Counted from the stretch's first letter, positions 47,981 through 61,066 are shown. The stretch: DNA of 61,066 bases from Coniocarpon cinnabarinum (GCA_051942205.1 JAVECO010000145.1:1-61066), one strand, 5' to 3'. Translations and numbers: made by a program. The notes: generated by a model from the letters alone, not told the origin.

Positions 47981-49689
47981 ATGGTGGAACTCCTGGTTGC
48001 TACCATGATATTCTCAACTCTCGTCTATTCCTTGATGTGGGGCTTGTACCGTTTGACCCTCTTTCGACAGTTCATCAGTCCATTCAAAGCGCTTCCAAGA
48101 CCAACAGTAAGATCTCAAAGAAGTCTCCTATCAGTCCCATTGATCATAACGTGCAGACAGGGCTTTCGCTATCTAATAGGATGGACTCTGCCAACATTCT
48201 CAAAGCCTCCGGGAGCCGAGGTGCTGCAATGGGTCAAACGGCTCCCTAACGACGGGCTCATCTTCTTCAAATGGTTCATATATCGTGACGGTCTTGTTTT
48301 GACAAGTCCCGCCACTTTACAGGAAGTTCTGGTCTCCAAAGCCCGGGACTTCGAAAAGCCTCTGCCGCTTCGTCGTTTCCTCTCGCGCTCTTTTGTCGGT
48401 GATGGTCTCATCGCAACCGAGGGTGCGCTACATAGAGAGCAGAGGCGGTATTTGGCTCCGCTGTTTCATCCGTCTCAAGTTACGAAGTTCCAAGGCGTTT
48501 TTTGGACGAAGGGCTCAGACATGGTACAAGGCATGCGCTCGGAGTTGCAGCGGCCTCATTCTACCATCAAAGGAGCTATTGATATCGGCAGATGGACGAG
48601 CCTTACTACGTTTGACATTATTGGCATCTACACTCTTGGAACAGATTTCAATACATTGCAAAGTCCGGACCACAGACTGCTTCAACTTCTAGGGAAGCTT
48701 CTGACACCTACGAGCACACTGGCCATTTATTTTGCACTTCAGCATATCCTCCCTTCACGGCTCGTCAATTCAATACCTTTCCTTTCCCGCAACCCTCAGA
48801 GAGTAGTTGACCATGACATGAATGAAGCTAGACAGATAGTGCTTGACATCGTACAGGAGCAAAGATCAAAAGGCATGGCTAGCAATCTCGACGTCGTCTC
48901 CGAGCTTTGTCGATCTGTGAGTATATCTGACACCACCATCATGAATCAAGTATTCGCGACGTTGATTGCAGGGTGAGTCCAATGAATCCCGCATTTTGAA
49001 GTCATTCTCCCACTCTCACATCGCAATTCCTCATGTATGACTCGTTTTGCAGTCTTGCTAATTCTCGATGCAGCCACGAAACTACAGCGAACACCTTTGT
49101 TTGGGCATGCCTTCTGTTGACGAAACGTGTGGACATACAAGACAAAATCCGAGAGGAATTGGCAGGTATAATAGATCAAGAAACAGTGGACTTTGCGCTA
49201 CTCAAGCAATTACCTGTACTGAACGGGACTCTCAACGAGGCTCTGCGATTATATCCAGGTATCCCAGTCTGCCAGCGAGAAGCTATACGAAACACTTCGA
49301 TCCAAGGAGTGGCTGTGCCGAGGGGTACAACAATCCTGATAGTACCATGGGCAATCCACAGGAGCGAACATGTGTGGGGATCCGGGGCAGAGGACTTCCG
49401 ACCAGAACGATGGATCCAGCATGGAGATGAAGACGGAAGAGGTCCTCCACCGGACAAGGTGGGCAGTGCAGCTCGTACGAGCGCGTTCCAGACTTTCCTT
49501 CAAGGGCCCCATACATGCATAGGTAATGATTTCGCAAAAGCTGAACTGCGCTGTCTCATTGCTCAGGTGGTTCGCAATTTCAGGATCGGGCTTGCAGCGG
49601 ACATGAATGAGGACAAGCTGGTGCCTAATGGGGTTGTTACGATTAAGCCGCGCACGCCACTCTTACTCAAGTTGGAGGAGCTGACTTGA
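47981..49689 (+). CDS. Cytochrome P450 monooxygenase (spliced)
   Basis: N-terminal membrane anchor, AG/HETTANT I-helix, EALRLYP, PERW and heme motif FLQGPHTCIG. Confidence 0.94.
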
Positions 49690-50177
49690 TAGGCGCCCGG
49701 CGTCTAGGCTCAGCCACAGGAGCATTCGGCATCGGAAGACTATGCTGCCATGCATTCCTAGACGTTGCAATAATGGAGTAACGCCAGACGCAATTGACTT
49801 CAGGGACAACATATTCCAAAAGTTTCTGTAAGACCTGCTCCTAGGGTTGAGACGGGGACGGTCCCGCGTTGGTATATTTCTGTAGTCTTGTCCTACCAGT
49901 AATGAGAATACGATACCTCGGAATGTAGTATGAAGCAGTCTGTAGCAGCCGACTGGGACACTCATTGGAGGAGGGAACCATTGCTCTCGAGACAGTGGTC
50001 TTTTAGGTCCCAACGTATTCCATAGAGGATCGCATTCGAGAAATGGTTGGCCATGTTGATAGTACCGCAGCTGTCTGTGATGACTCCTCTGCCACTCGAC
50101 GCGCTGATGTTTTCGTGGAACAAGTAAATCCATCACCCACGTAAGCATGACAACTGTTTTTGGAGTGCGCCAAGTCA

Positions 50178-50780
50178 TCACCCCACTAAATGCGGCGGCA
50201 GCAAAAAGTTTGGGATCCCTTCCTTGACCGCATACTTATGTCCACATCGTCCACATACCAACCAACCTTCTTGCACTTGCGTCTCCAGTAGTAACTTATG
50301 CAACTTCTTCAAGACATCAACATCAGCATCTTCCCCCTTTACACCCCCGATGTCCAATTGCCCACCTTCCGTCTGCATTGCTTGACCTTCCTGACCGCTA
50401 GTCTCGCCAGCGGCAGCAGGGGCCTCGACACCTTCCATCTCCACGCCTTCAACGTCCTGGCTACTTTCGTCGTTTCCAGTAGCCATCGAAGCAAAAGGCT
50501 CTGGTAATTTCAGACCCGCTTCGAATAGAACAGACGCCATAGCACGCCACTCAATCCGGCTGAGTACATTTCTCCAGAAAGGCTCGTTGAACTCGAGTTC
50601 AATGGCTGTGAGTTCGACTTCGGAAAGGTGGAGAGGAAAGCTTGAGCCTTTCGGTTCTTGGTCAGGATCTCGGTTCGGATCGTTAGAACGTGGTATGGAT
50701 GTGGTCGTAGTGGTGGCGGTCGCGGCTGCGCGACAGGATTTCACAGCGCAGGTTAGGAAGTTTAGGGTAAGGAGTTTCAT
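50178..50780 (-). CDS. TRM112: Multifunctional methyltransferase activator Trm112
   Basis: MKLLTLNFLTCAVKSC ... SFPLHL ... LKKLHKLLLETQVQEGWLVCGRCGHKYAVKEGIPNFLLPPHLV. Confidence 0.93.
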   Translation of the reverse strand: MKLLTLNFLTCAVKSCRAAATATTTTTSIPRSNDPNRDPDQEPKGSSFPLHLSEVELTAIELEFNEPFWRNVLSRIEWRAMASVLFEAGLKLPEPFASMATGNDESSQDVEGVEMEGVEAPAAAGETSGQEGQAMQTEGGQLDIGGVKGEDADVDVLKKLHKLLLETQVQEGWLVCGRCGHKYAVKEGIPNFLLPPHLVG

Positions 50781-51647
50781 AGCTGAGGACGTGTGGCTGG
50801 AAAGCGGTAGTGAAAGGCCCAAACGGAAACCCGTCAGGGTCAACTTCTCGTAGTGCCTTGAAGAGGGAGACCTCGAAGCAAGAACCGTTCAAGGGCAGGT
50901 CAGGTAGAGGGTCCAATAGAAGGTCTCAAGGCGGGATCCAGGGAATAGAAGCCAGGGACAAATCCAGTAAATTTCTTCCAACTAACGTATTGAAGACCAC
51001 GAATAATCGTCCCCTACCTTATCGCCAAACCTGGACGTCTTTCATCAGAAATTGGGACAAGACCTGGATAATTTTTCAACTTTTCGGGTTCTGAGAAGAG
51101 GCTGACACTTTGTATTTTGGTAAAACGAACTCTGCAATTAGATCTGAGGGTGACTAGAGTCTGTTCGCTAAACACTTAACAGCTTGGTCACGATTTGGGT
51201 GCTTGGCTGCCAAGTCGTAGATGGTCGAGCTGATTCCCCGTGTGAATGTCAACGCAAGCTATATGAGACGAAGGTGACCCTGCCGAGCTCCTTATCTACT
51301 GCATACGAAATTCTCGACGCAACAATGGCATGTGATGCTTGGACACATGAAGACTAGGACAACCTCTAACATGCGTGTGACGAGAGCCTGCTAGTTCAAT
51401 TTAGGCCACTAAATGTCATGTACACAACCTGGCCATCGCTAGTATACTCCCCTCGAATGCTCCTAACAAGCTATTAAGTAGATGCTTGCTAGGTAAGATT
51501 TTCCATGTCCATGCGGTATTCATCCAGGTGGTCCGTCGCAATGCAAGTGAATATCAGAAAGGAGAGTTTGTGTATTTTTGAGAACGAATGATCGGAAAGC
51601 CTTGGGCTCCCTCGACTGCACTCCTGAGATCTAAGAGCCCATCACAT

Positions 51648-54600
51648 CTAAGGTCCTTCATAATAGAGCCCTTCCAGACCACCATCCGGCGTGACAGACA
51701 TGGTCGACTGGGTCTTGTTCTGTCTCCATCTGTTCTGGCGAGCTGAACGCTGTTTTTGCATCTCGGCCCATCCTTCGTCATCATCGTCATCATCGACTGC
51801 AGCTGGCTTGGGACGCTGAGAAGACTTGAGCGCGGATTTGGGAGGCTCGGGTCGGGTTGACTGTCGCAAGCGGGACTGGGACCGCTCCGTCCTCAGCGCT
51901 TGCACGGTCTGCTGCGAGATTGACGACGTGCGAGAGTCGCGATCGGGGTTCATGGTCGCACCAGGAGTGACGGGCCGATAACGTGAGGGCTGACCGACTA
52001 CGCTGCGCTCAGAGGGAGCAATCGACGGAGTATAGCCGGGATGTGGGTTATAGGTACTATTCATAGGAGTCGAAAAGCGAGCCTGTGACATATTGCTAGG
52101 TCCGCGCGAATGGGTTGCCAATGGTTGTTGACTCGTCATCGACGCTGTACGCATGGGATCCTGCTGGAGGAAGCTGGATTGTCCGAAATTCTGCTGAGGG
52201 AGCTGCGGCGAAAGCATGCCATTGCCCACACCAGGCGGCGTCTGTGACCCACCGGGTGTCGTTTGACCTTGATTTTGCATGGCCCATTGCATGAATTGCA
52301 TTTGCATCTGCATCATCTTGGTCATCTGGTCAGCGACTTGGAGCTGGGATTGTTCGCCAGGTGACATCGGGGTCTGTGGAGCGGAGTGTGGCAGGGCCTG
52401 AGGCGGCATCTGTTGTTGCATCATTTGCTGCATCATCTGTTGCTGAGCAACCTCATGTGGAAGCTGAGGACCAGGGATCGGGTCGTAAGTGCCTCGTGTG
52501 TTGGGACTTCCTCGACGCAACGCTTTTGCACGTTCCTCACTGGCTATGACGCCAACGAGACCACCCGGAGGGAGATTGCCACCAGGAGATGGCGCTGCGC
52601 CGGTCGCATGGCCCGCCGCTGGCGAAGACATGCCATGGCCACTGTTGAAGTTCATAGCCTCACGTGATGGTCCATTCACAAGGCTGGCACCAACATATGG
52701 GTCCTGTGGCAGATTTTTGGCAAACACAGGTAGGTTGGGGTTACCGCCGCCACCAGCAGTCTGCTCGTTCCGTGTGGTTCCCCCTGGTGCTGGATAGTTT
52801 GCTTGCTGGCTCTCTAGGCGCGCGATAGCCGGCGCACTTGAGCTCGAGCGAGTGGGAGGTCGATGCTTGCTGGGGAACCCGTGTGCTTGCAAGACACCGA
52901 GAGGCACCTCCTCATCTTCATCCTCTTCCTCTCTGCTGCTCTTACTCTGCTGTGACTCATCCTGCTTCTTCTCAAACGCTAAGGGTGGATGTAGTGTAGG
53001 TGCACTCGCGCTAGAGCGTTCGAGAGGAGCCCGCTGGGGTAGCGACGGAAGCTCTGATGGCTGTTCGCCGGTCACTTTCATCATCTGCTGGCGGTACACA
53101 GCCAGGTGTGCTTCCTGTTTCCTTCGTTGCTTTGCCGCTTCCTTCTGACGCTCGACCTCATCGTCATCTTCATATGCTTCAGATTCAGAAGAAGATCCGC
53201 TGTCGTCCTCTTCGTCGGGCGGGGCGTTCTCTTTGTGTTTCTTGTACCGCTCGAACTCAGCTGGTGTCATGACCTTGCCTGCGGTAGTAGGCGCGGTAGT
53301 CGAACGGGGAAGAGGCCGCATGAATCGTCGTGGACGAGGGGCATCAAAGAGTGGCTCATCGTCCTCAGGAGGAACACCTCCCACGCTATTGTCATGCGTA
53401 GGTTGTGCCATCTCACTGAGCGGCGATCTCTTGGGTGGCTCAGGACCTCGGAATGAAGACGGCGGCAAACGCGTAGGTCTGGTACGAGCCAGTAGAGTAG
53501 AATCCGGTATGTGGTGTGGAGGCTCTGGGCTCTGGTCTTTTTCTGGGAAATCAAGCGTTAGCAGCATCATTCCTCTGAAGTTGTGAAGACCAGTGGAGAC
53601 GTACCGCGTGCATAGTGTGCCAACAAGGTTCCCATGACCTCTGAATCCCCGCTCGCACCTACACTGGAGCCAAAGTTGGGGCTATGCATTTCTTGCTTAG
53701 GAGACGACATGAGTCGCTCCTCCGATGCTCCACTCCTGAACGAGTATGGCGAGCCTGCGCGCTCCTGGTGCGTGTCCCGGAAGTGCGGAGGACCCAGATG
53801 GGAAGGGCTGTGCTGTGCGAGGCGGTGCATCTCTGGAGTGTTGTTGCGGGCGGGGTAACTAGTCATCGGACTGTCGTGCTGGGCAGAAGAGTGTGTATCA
53901 TGGTAATTGAGGTAGGTGGATCTGGCATGCTCGGGAAATGTGCTTTGATGCTCGCGGGGAGTGGATGAGTACCCATGACTCGAGTTGGTGGGCGAGGAAG
54001 CGGATGCCTGGACAGGCTCTTCCATGATTGTGCTTTTGCGTTTGCTGAGAAGATCACCAAACCCTGTGTCTTCCAGACCGAGACCGGTGCCGAGGCCAAG
54101 ATCAAGCTTCGGTGGTGTCGCAGTGCTTGCGTAACTGCTCTCAGTCATGGACCGGTCTCTATTAGGAAGCGGCGGAATATCTTCAGGAGCATCTTTGGGT
54201 ACATTCTTTGCCGACTTGGATCCAAACGAGAAGGTTCGACCAGCAGCTTTCAGAGAGAATTTTTTGCGAGATTGAGACTCCTCTACGTTAGGGTCGACGC
54301 GTTGGACGTTCGGTGCAGCAGACGGGATCGGCTCATACTTTTGACGGGGCGGGAAGGGCAGGTCACCTTGCTCGTCAGGGGAGTCATCAACCGATGAAGG
54401 GCTGGTGGAAGCATAGCTGAACCGCTTCTGGGAGTCCACAGTTGTAGCGTTGGAATTGTTAGTATTGCCGGAGCCCCTATTAACACGATGTGGTTAGTCA
54501 TGTCCGGATGAGGGAAGCTTGAACGAGTCTCGAAGACGAAGACGGCAGCCAGCCGGCCGGCCGGGGCCGCGCACGAACAGTTGGTGCTTACCTGTTGCTC

Positions 54601-54845
54601 GATAAATCGGACCCGTCACCAAAGTATGAATATGGGCGGCGAGGGCTATTGTTTGGAGATGTTCGTGGTCGTATGGGAGGAGGTTTCGTCAAATAATCAT
54701 TATTGTCGTACATGGAGAGTTGGCGAGGCTGCAGCGGTCTGCTGAGGACTCGAAATGAGGATTCTCCTGATGTGGCAGGGGGAGCGACCTCCAATACATT
54801 GGACGAGGACTTTCTTCGCTGGAAACGACTGGTAAATTTATTCAT
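51648..54845 (-). CDS. Large low-complexity conserved-looking fungal protein of unknown function (2 introns)
   Basis: Three consecutive ORFs joined by GT...CTAAC...AG introns. Motifs: RRKSSSNVLE, SFRVL, KVMTPAEFERYK, QRRKQEAHLAVYRQQMMKVTG, VPLGVLQAHGFP, YTPSIAPSERS. Confidence 0.75.
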
Positions 54846-56220
54846 GGGCGTCGATCTCAAGGTCAGGCGAGTCCTTGATGTCGGAGTGCTAGTCACTGGT
54901 TTGGGATGAGCCAGCGACGGGAGGTCGAAGGAGAGGATGACGGGCTCCACGTATTCCACGTGCGATCCTTGGAGTTTCATGTCAGCGTCCATTGTGGATG
55001 AGCGTGGCAGCATTGACGGGATGCGAGACGGCGAAGACGTCCAGGACGATAAGACATGGGGAGACTCACAAGACGGTGGCTTGAGGCGAAGGCTTGGGTA
55101 GGGGCTGGGCGGTGGAGCTGAGGAGCCGTGGATGCAGATGGCGTGCGTCGCTCAGGAGAACCAGGGTCGACAGACGGTGGCTAGGAGGGCATGATTAGTC
55201 CATAATTACAACGAAATAGCAACAAAAATCATATTCAAGAACGAAGCGAGCGTGAAGGGCGGCAAGAAGATGGAGATGCACAGGAAGGGGACGCGACATT
55301 CGGATGAGAGAGATTTTGTCTGAGGGAGTAGTTTCAACGGTCGCTGCCAGTCCTGCCTGCTTCATGACTCGCGTCGCCTCAGATGATTGGCTGGCGCTGC
55401 ACGTGCACCGGGCGGACTCTGTTCCGTGACCGCCACCTTAGGCACTCTGCCACGTCCTCCTCCCAGCTGCCAGCCTTACCATTTCCCAGCCCGGTGCAAT
55501 GCGACGGGTGACTGCAGGTGCTCTTGGAATAGGTACCTATTTCGTGGCTGTTTACCTCTCTGCAACATACCTAGATGCACTATTGCAGACCACAGCCCAA
55601 ACAACTCCACTGCAAACATCGGATCGACAATGCACGACCATCGGCAATTCTCTCACATCGCTCAGCACCTGGTCTCCACGCCGAACGCAGCGGGAAAAGG
55701 GGATCGACCCTCTGAACCAAAAGTCCGGTGGGGGCGGCTTCGCAGTCATTGACGTGGGCGCGACGCTAGCCCGCTTCGGGTCAACGCGGGGCGTCCAAAT
55801 ACATCTTGGCGCACGCCCCCTTGTAGCGCTGGCACTTGTCTGTCCACAGTTTTCCAGTTCCTGGCGCCGGCGTCATCACGATCGCATTCAACCCAACCCC
55901 GTCGATCCCACCTCCCTCTTTGCGACGCCCGTCTCCGGCGGAGTATACCTATCTCACATGCAGCCAACTCGTTGCTCCCATTCGGACCTGGTCTCGAATG
56001 ATCAAATGTCATGCAGGCCTCACCCCAGCATCTGCCCAGGTGCTCAGCGACTCCGTCCACCGGGCAGCATTCGGCTAGCACCACAGCCGAAGCGTTGGCT
56101 TTCGGCTGGGTGCATGCATGCATCTGCAGGCGCCCGCAGCTCTCTCTCGCCTCTCAGCTGCACATGAACGAGTGGGGATGGGTAGACTTCATGTCGTACG
56201 ACAGCTTAGATACATCTAGA

Positions 56221-58919
56221 TTACCTAAAGTATCCATGGCTCTTCAACCACTCTGAGACGTCTTTTGAGTCTCGCTGCACCCAGTTCGTCTTCGACCGAA
56301 TGGAGTCCAGTGACTGCGCAAGCGTCTGGTCAAACCCCTTGGTGCTCCGGTCCTTGAAGAACCTCTCCACGTCCGCCATCTGATCGGGGTGCGTGAAGCT
56401 GGAGGTGCATAACGTCACGACCGATCCCAGCATGGACAAACCAGGCGGGAGTCTCTTCACGAGCATGTCCCAATTGGTTTGCATCGACTCCCACAGCGCC
56501 ACGATACCTTCTTTGTGGGTCCGCAGTCCACCAAGTGGCATGTAGATATCCTGGCTTCGGACTTCGTTGCCCATGGCCAAGTCTAAGGTCCGCTGGATAA
56601 GCTTGGGTTCCTTGGCACGGCCCAAGGCACGGAGCGCAGTATTGCGTTCATCTGCTGTGTCTCCGTTCTTGTAAACGTTGAGTACGACTTCGTACTCCTT
56701 TTCGCCTCCATTTTCGAGCACAATGCTGAAGACGCTGCCACGAATGTTGGGGTTGATGGCCTCTTTCTCACCTTTGCTGAAACGCTCAAACATGTCTTGT
56801 GCCGCTTTGATGACCTTTTCGTCGCCCGCCGAGCCCGCGCTGGAGAACATCAAGGCTTTGAATTGCTGCTGAATGTTGTCCTCGCCTTGCTGGAATGACC
56901 AGCCAAGCTGATGCGCCTTGTCGCTCACGAGATCACGAAAAAATGCTTTGATGGCGTTTTTGCTCTCTTCGTCCTCGAATACCCAAGCTGATCGCAAGCT
57001 CGATATCCAGGAAGAAACCTGATCCCAGACGACGTACTCAGTTTCGCTCTTAAAGCCGTCGAGTAGCGACAGTGTCCCAGACGATGGCTGATAGCCAGAA
57101 GCAGAGAGAGCACCAGCGTCTGCAATCATGCCGGCTCTGTCCTCAACGGAAAGCAACCCTGATTTGGCAGCCTGGCCCAGCTTCTCAAGACGTGAAGCTG
57201 GGTAGAAAGTTCGATAGGTGCCCGAGTGATCTGCGTTGAGCTTGTAGAAATCATCAGCAGGCTTCTTCAATGTCTTTTCACGCTCGAACAAGGTCTGCTC
57301 TTCGTCAACACCTTGCTTTGTCCTCAAAGCGAGGAATACAGGATACAACGTCTGGTCTTCCTCGGGCTTGACGTCGTTGGTTCGCAGGAATCGATTTTGT
57401 TTGATGTTGATATTGTCACCTTGCTCGGTCACACTCAAGACGGGATATCCGACTTCCCTCGTCCAGACATGCATCACATCTGCGACGTTCTTGCCACTTG
57501 CGTCTGAGAGAGCGTTCCAGAGATCAGTTGTCTGTGTGTTGCCATAGGCATGCTTCTTGAGATACCGGCGAATGCCTTCAAGGAAAGTCTCCTCTCCCAG
57601 AAACTTGGACACCATGCGGAGCACACAAGAGCCTTTTGAGTAAGAAATGGCGTCAAAGATTTGGTTGACTTCATCCGCCCGTTTGACCGGCACCTCAACC
57701 GGATGACTGCTACGCAGGGAATCTAGCGAGAGCGCGCCGGCGAGATTGTCAGTGACATAGCTCTGCCAGACTTTCCACTCTGGGTAGAATTCGTTGCAGG
57801 AGAACCAGGACATCCAAGTGGCAAACCCCTCGTTCAGCCAGAGGCCTTCCCAGAAATCCATAGTGACCAAGTTGCCAAACCACTGGTGAGCAAGCTCATG
57901 CTGAACCACCTCCGCGACCCGCTGCTTGGTCATCGCACCTGACGTCTTCTCATCGAAGAGCACGTCAACCACACGGTAGGTGACCAGCCCCCAATTTTCC
58001 ATGGCGCCTGCACTGAAATCTGGGATGGCCACCATGTCCATTTTGGGAAGCGGAAACTGGCTGTCGAATTTCTTCTCATAAAATGCCAGCGTCTTTGCAG
58101 CCAAATCCACTGAAAATTTGCCGTGGTTGATATCCTGGTCAGGGGGAGCAAAGACTCGCACAGGAATTCGGAAGTCTTTCGACTCGATGACATTAAGCTC
58201 GCCAACAATGAAAGCAAGTAAGTACGTGGACATGGGTGGGGTCGTGTTGAATGTGACTGCCTGCTTCTGAGTCTGAGTGACGCTGGATGTGATCTCCTTC
58301 TGGCTTGCCACGTCCATGTTGCCGAGACAAGTCAGGCCTGGATCTGCGATCAACGTGACTGTGAAACCGGCTTTCAGGGCTGGCTCGTCGAAGCAAGGAA
58401 ACGCCCTTCTCGCGTCTGTGGGCTCCATCTGCGTAGTAGCCATGTACTTGGTAGAACCCGTCTTGTCCTTGTAGGTAGATCTGTAGAAACCGGCCATATT
58501 GTCGTTCAGGGTCCCTGTGAAATCCAACGCGAGCCGCGCCTTAGATCCAGCCGCCAAAGAACCATCAAAAGAAACGGTATGTGTCTGTTTGTCTTCGTCT
58601 CTGGAGATGCGGGGACTGTCTGACAGGACGCCATTGGCACCATGGACTGTGGCTTTCTTGATGTCTATGTCGACCGTGTTGAAGGAGATGGAACTGCTGG
58701 CCTCATTGACGTCTAGGCTTGAAGCTGAAGTATCAGCTTCGTGTCCAACGAAAATACCGCCAGGTCCACTCACTCAATGACCACTGTGCCTGTGTACGTG
58801 TGCTTGACCAGATCAGGCTCCAAGGTCAGGGCGTAGTGCGTAGGCTTGACGTTGGAAGGGAGAATCTCGCGGCCCTGCGTGGCACTCATGGCGCCGTCGG
58901 TGTCGTCGCGGAGAAACAT
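56221..58919 (-). CDS. APE2: M1 family alanyl/puromycin-sensitive aminopeptidase (1 intron; upstream in-frame starts possible)
   Basis: GAMENWGL, HELAHQWFGNLVTM...WLNEGFA zinc motif, TQMEPTDARRAFPCFDEP, REILPSNVKPTHYAL. Confidence 0.95.
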
Positions 58920-60641
58920 GTGACGGCGTGAGGAGCAGTGCCTGGCCAAAGATAAAGGTAAAAGTGGGGTTGGAAGAAACTGGCGTAGCGGGTCAGGCGA
59001 CCGTGACTTGGGCAAAGTACTGCCGACAAGGCTCTGTGAGGCAGGCTGTGGCACCGGAACAACACGGTGGGATTGATGATGAAGAGGCGCAGCACCGGCG
59101 GAAAATGCTCGTGTGTGTGGGCGGTGGGTTAGGGTGACGGCTCTGTTTATTATCCCAGTAAAGCTCCTCGGGACCAGCCTGGGGGTAGCATCGACTGCAA
59201 GACGATGGATGTGGAGTGGACTCAGCATGGAAAGCCCCAACGAACGCCCGCGTGTGCGAAGAAGACCAACGGCAGTAGAAGGGGGAGTGGACAGCAGGAC
59301 GAGAACAGTTCGAGAGCAAGCTTGCATAAGTGCCGCCGTGTTGCCAAAGCCCAATTGCGGACGTCTTGTCATCCCGGTGGCTGCAGCATCTGCTCTTGAT
59401 CTCGCCCACTCATTCGGGTCCGGCCAATGGCGTGCAGCGCTCGGCAGCGTCTTCCCCGGGCCCCGCATCCCCGGTCGGCTCCTTGTAAGGCTGACCCGAA
59501 GTTCGGCCCTTGCGTCGGAGATGTTACCTAGCTTCCGCGCCGTTTCCCTCCTCTAGCCAATTCGAGGTTCGCTCCGCACGTGCTATCTCGACCGACGTCT
59601 GCTTACTTCTCCTGTCGTTGGACTCTGTATGTATCCACGCAAGAGTCCTCCCACATTGCCTGAAAGATGTTTTCCGTGACAATGACGGTGTTCATTTCTC
59701 ATTGCTTGCAAGATGGATTGTCGCCGAGTTTGAGGAGGCTGAGCCACCCCTTTGCACGTTGACCAGCCTCCATAGGAAGACGCGGCACAACATTCATAGC
59801 CCTTTCGCGGCTTGTCTCGCACCTGCTCACAGGCGACCGAGGCCTCCTCATGCCACTGTTTTGTTGGAGTCCAAAGTCGAGAAATCCACCCCTCATAAGT
59901 GGCTCTGAAGAGCAACCAAGTCTCTGTTTCAATTCTCCGAAACCACGGTATGGATGCATGCATCCTTGCTAGTCAGCGTTTCAATGGGAAGAAATTGCAA
60001 AGCAAATTACCAAAGCTTGGCAGCGCAGCTGCTGACGGACGGTAAACAAACAGCTTACTGCCTCTCGCAAGTTTATTTGACGCTTGGGGACTGTCATGTC
60101 AGCATCGCTATAGCTCGCAAACGGCCAGACCCTCGTAGCGCTGAATACGAACACGTATGGCACAGCACGGACTGGCGACCGCACCCAGAGAACCACTCCA
60201 CCCGTGTCACTGCCCTGCTTGAAAATGGACGGCACTCTCTCTCTTGGCAAGTCCAGCGCGCCCTGTATTCGCCCACGTTACAGCCAAGACAGCTCCAACA
60301 ATGTATTGCCAACGTATCCTAATGGCTCGTCCGGTAAACACGAGTTTGAATACGGCGAGACTAGTGCGGACCTTTTTTAGGAACAACCATACAGCCCTGC
60401 CGTGCTGTAGAACTCACCCTGATTGCACCTCGATGCCCGTGCAGGTGATGCTCGTGTATAAATTGCACGACTGCTCACCTGAATACATGCTTTTCTTGAC
60501 CCATTGACCCCGCAGACAGCAAAAGTAATCACTCGTTCGTTTCTTACCTTTCCTAATTTCTTACAGACCTGCTTTGAATATCTACAATATCTCTATAATC
60601 CTCACATCACACCGCACCACACTACCGTTATGTCTTCTAGC

Positions 60642-61066
60642 ATGAAGCATCTCCTCCTGGCCGCCGCCTTTGGCACCACGGCCATTGCTCAGGGATCGAG
60701 TTCTTTCTATCCACCTGGCTTTGACCCAGCCGACACCACCGTCGAGACGCTGAACCCGCCGACCACGACTCCTTTCTACCCACCCGGCTTTGACCCAGCC
60801 GACACGACCGTCGAGACTTTGAACCCGCCAACCACGCGTCCCTTCCCCTATGAAGGCGACACGACGCTCGTTCCGCCCACCACTCGTCCTTTCCCTGCGG
60901 ATGGAGACAATACTCTGATCCCTCCAACCACCCGGCCCATCCCAGACACGACGCTCATCCCTCCAACAACCCGTCCCTTTCCCTACGAAGGCGACACGAC
61001 TCTCATCCCACCAACCACCCGTCCCTTCCCCTACGACGGCGACACAACCCTCATCCCACCCACCAC
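60642..61066 (+). CDS. Secreted Pro/Thr-rich tandem-repeat protein (truncated at window end)
   Basis: Not in the ORF track. Manual translation: signal peptide MKHLLLAAAFGTTAIA, then 2x FYPPGFDPADTTVETLNPPTT and ~5x PPTTRPFPY(E/D)GDTTLI-like units. Frame is open to the window end. Confidence 0.85.
   Translation, partial: MKHLLLAAAFGTTAIAQGSSSFYPPGFDPADTTVETLNPPTTTPFYPPGFDPADTTVETLNPPTTRPFPYEGDTTLVPPTTRPFPADGDNTLIPPTTRPIPDTTLIPPTTRPFPYEGDTTLIPPTTRPFPYDGDTTLIPPT

Noticed and set aside
59127..59136. GGGTTAGGGT telomere-like motif as an alternative telomerase template
   Set aside because: It lies in the in-frame upstream extension of APE2 with no supporting structural or 3'-processing signals; likely chance.
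60704..61066. Tandem DNA repeats as a CRISPR-like array or satellite
   Set aside because: Eukaryotic context, no unique spacers, and the repeats are in-frame coding units with synonymous variation.

Overview
Fungal (filamentous ascomycete, Pezizomycotina) genomic DNA with spliced genes. Housekeeping genes: RIB4 (truncated), SPP2, IDH1, ATG5, ERCC8/CSA-like WD40, CSI2-like, F-BAR/DEP RhoGAP, TRM112 and APE2. Five features stand out. (1) An alpha-factor-type pheromone precursor carrying two copies of a His-rich peptide (HWHHWCSDPGQPC), with CTATTGA-type boxes upstream. (2) A mycosporine-type cluster (A-T-R NRPS-like reductase, DDG synthase, MysC-like ATP-grasp, adjacent Zn2Cys6 regulator) in which I find no MysB O-methyltransferase. 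(3) A candidate telomerase RNA at ~31.3-32.6 kb, supported by a template, a structured GC-rich 3' domain and a spliceosomal-cleavage-type terminal intron. (4) A type III PKS cluster with two O-methyltransferases, a P450, an MFS transporter and two membrane proteins. (5) A secreted Pro/Thr tandem-repeat protein cut by the window end. All calls come from manual reading and motif recognition; no searches were run, and exon boundaries are hand-predicted.
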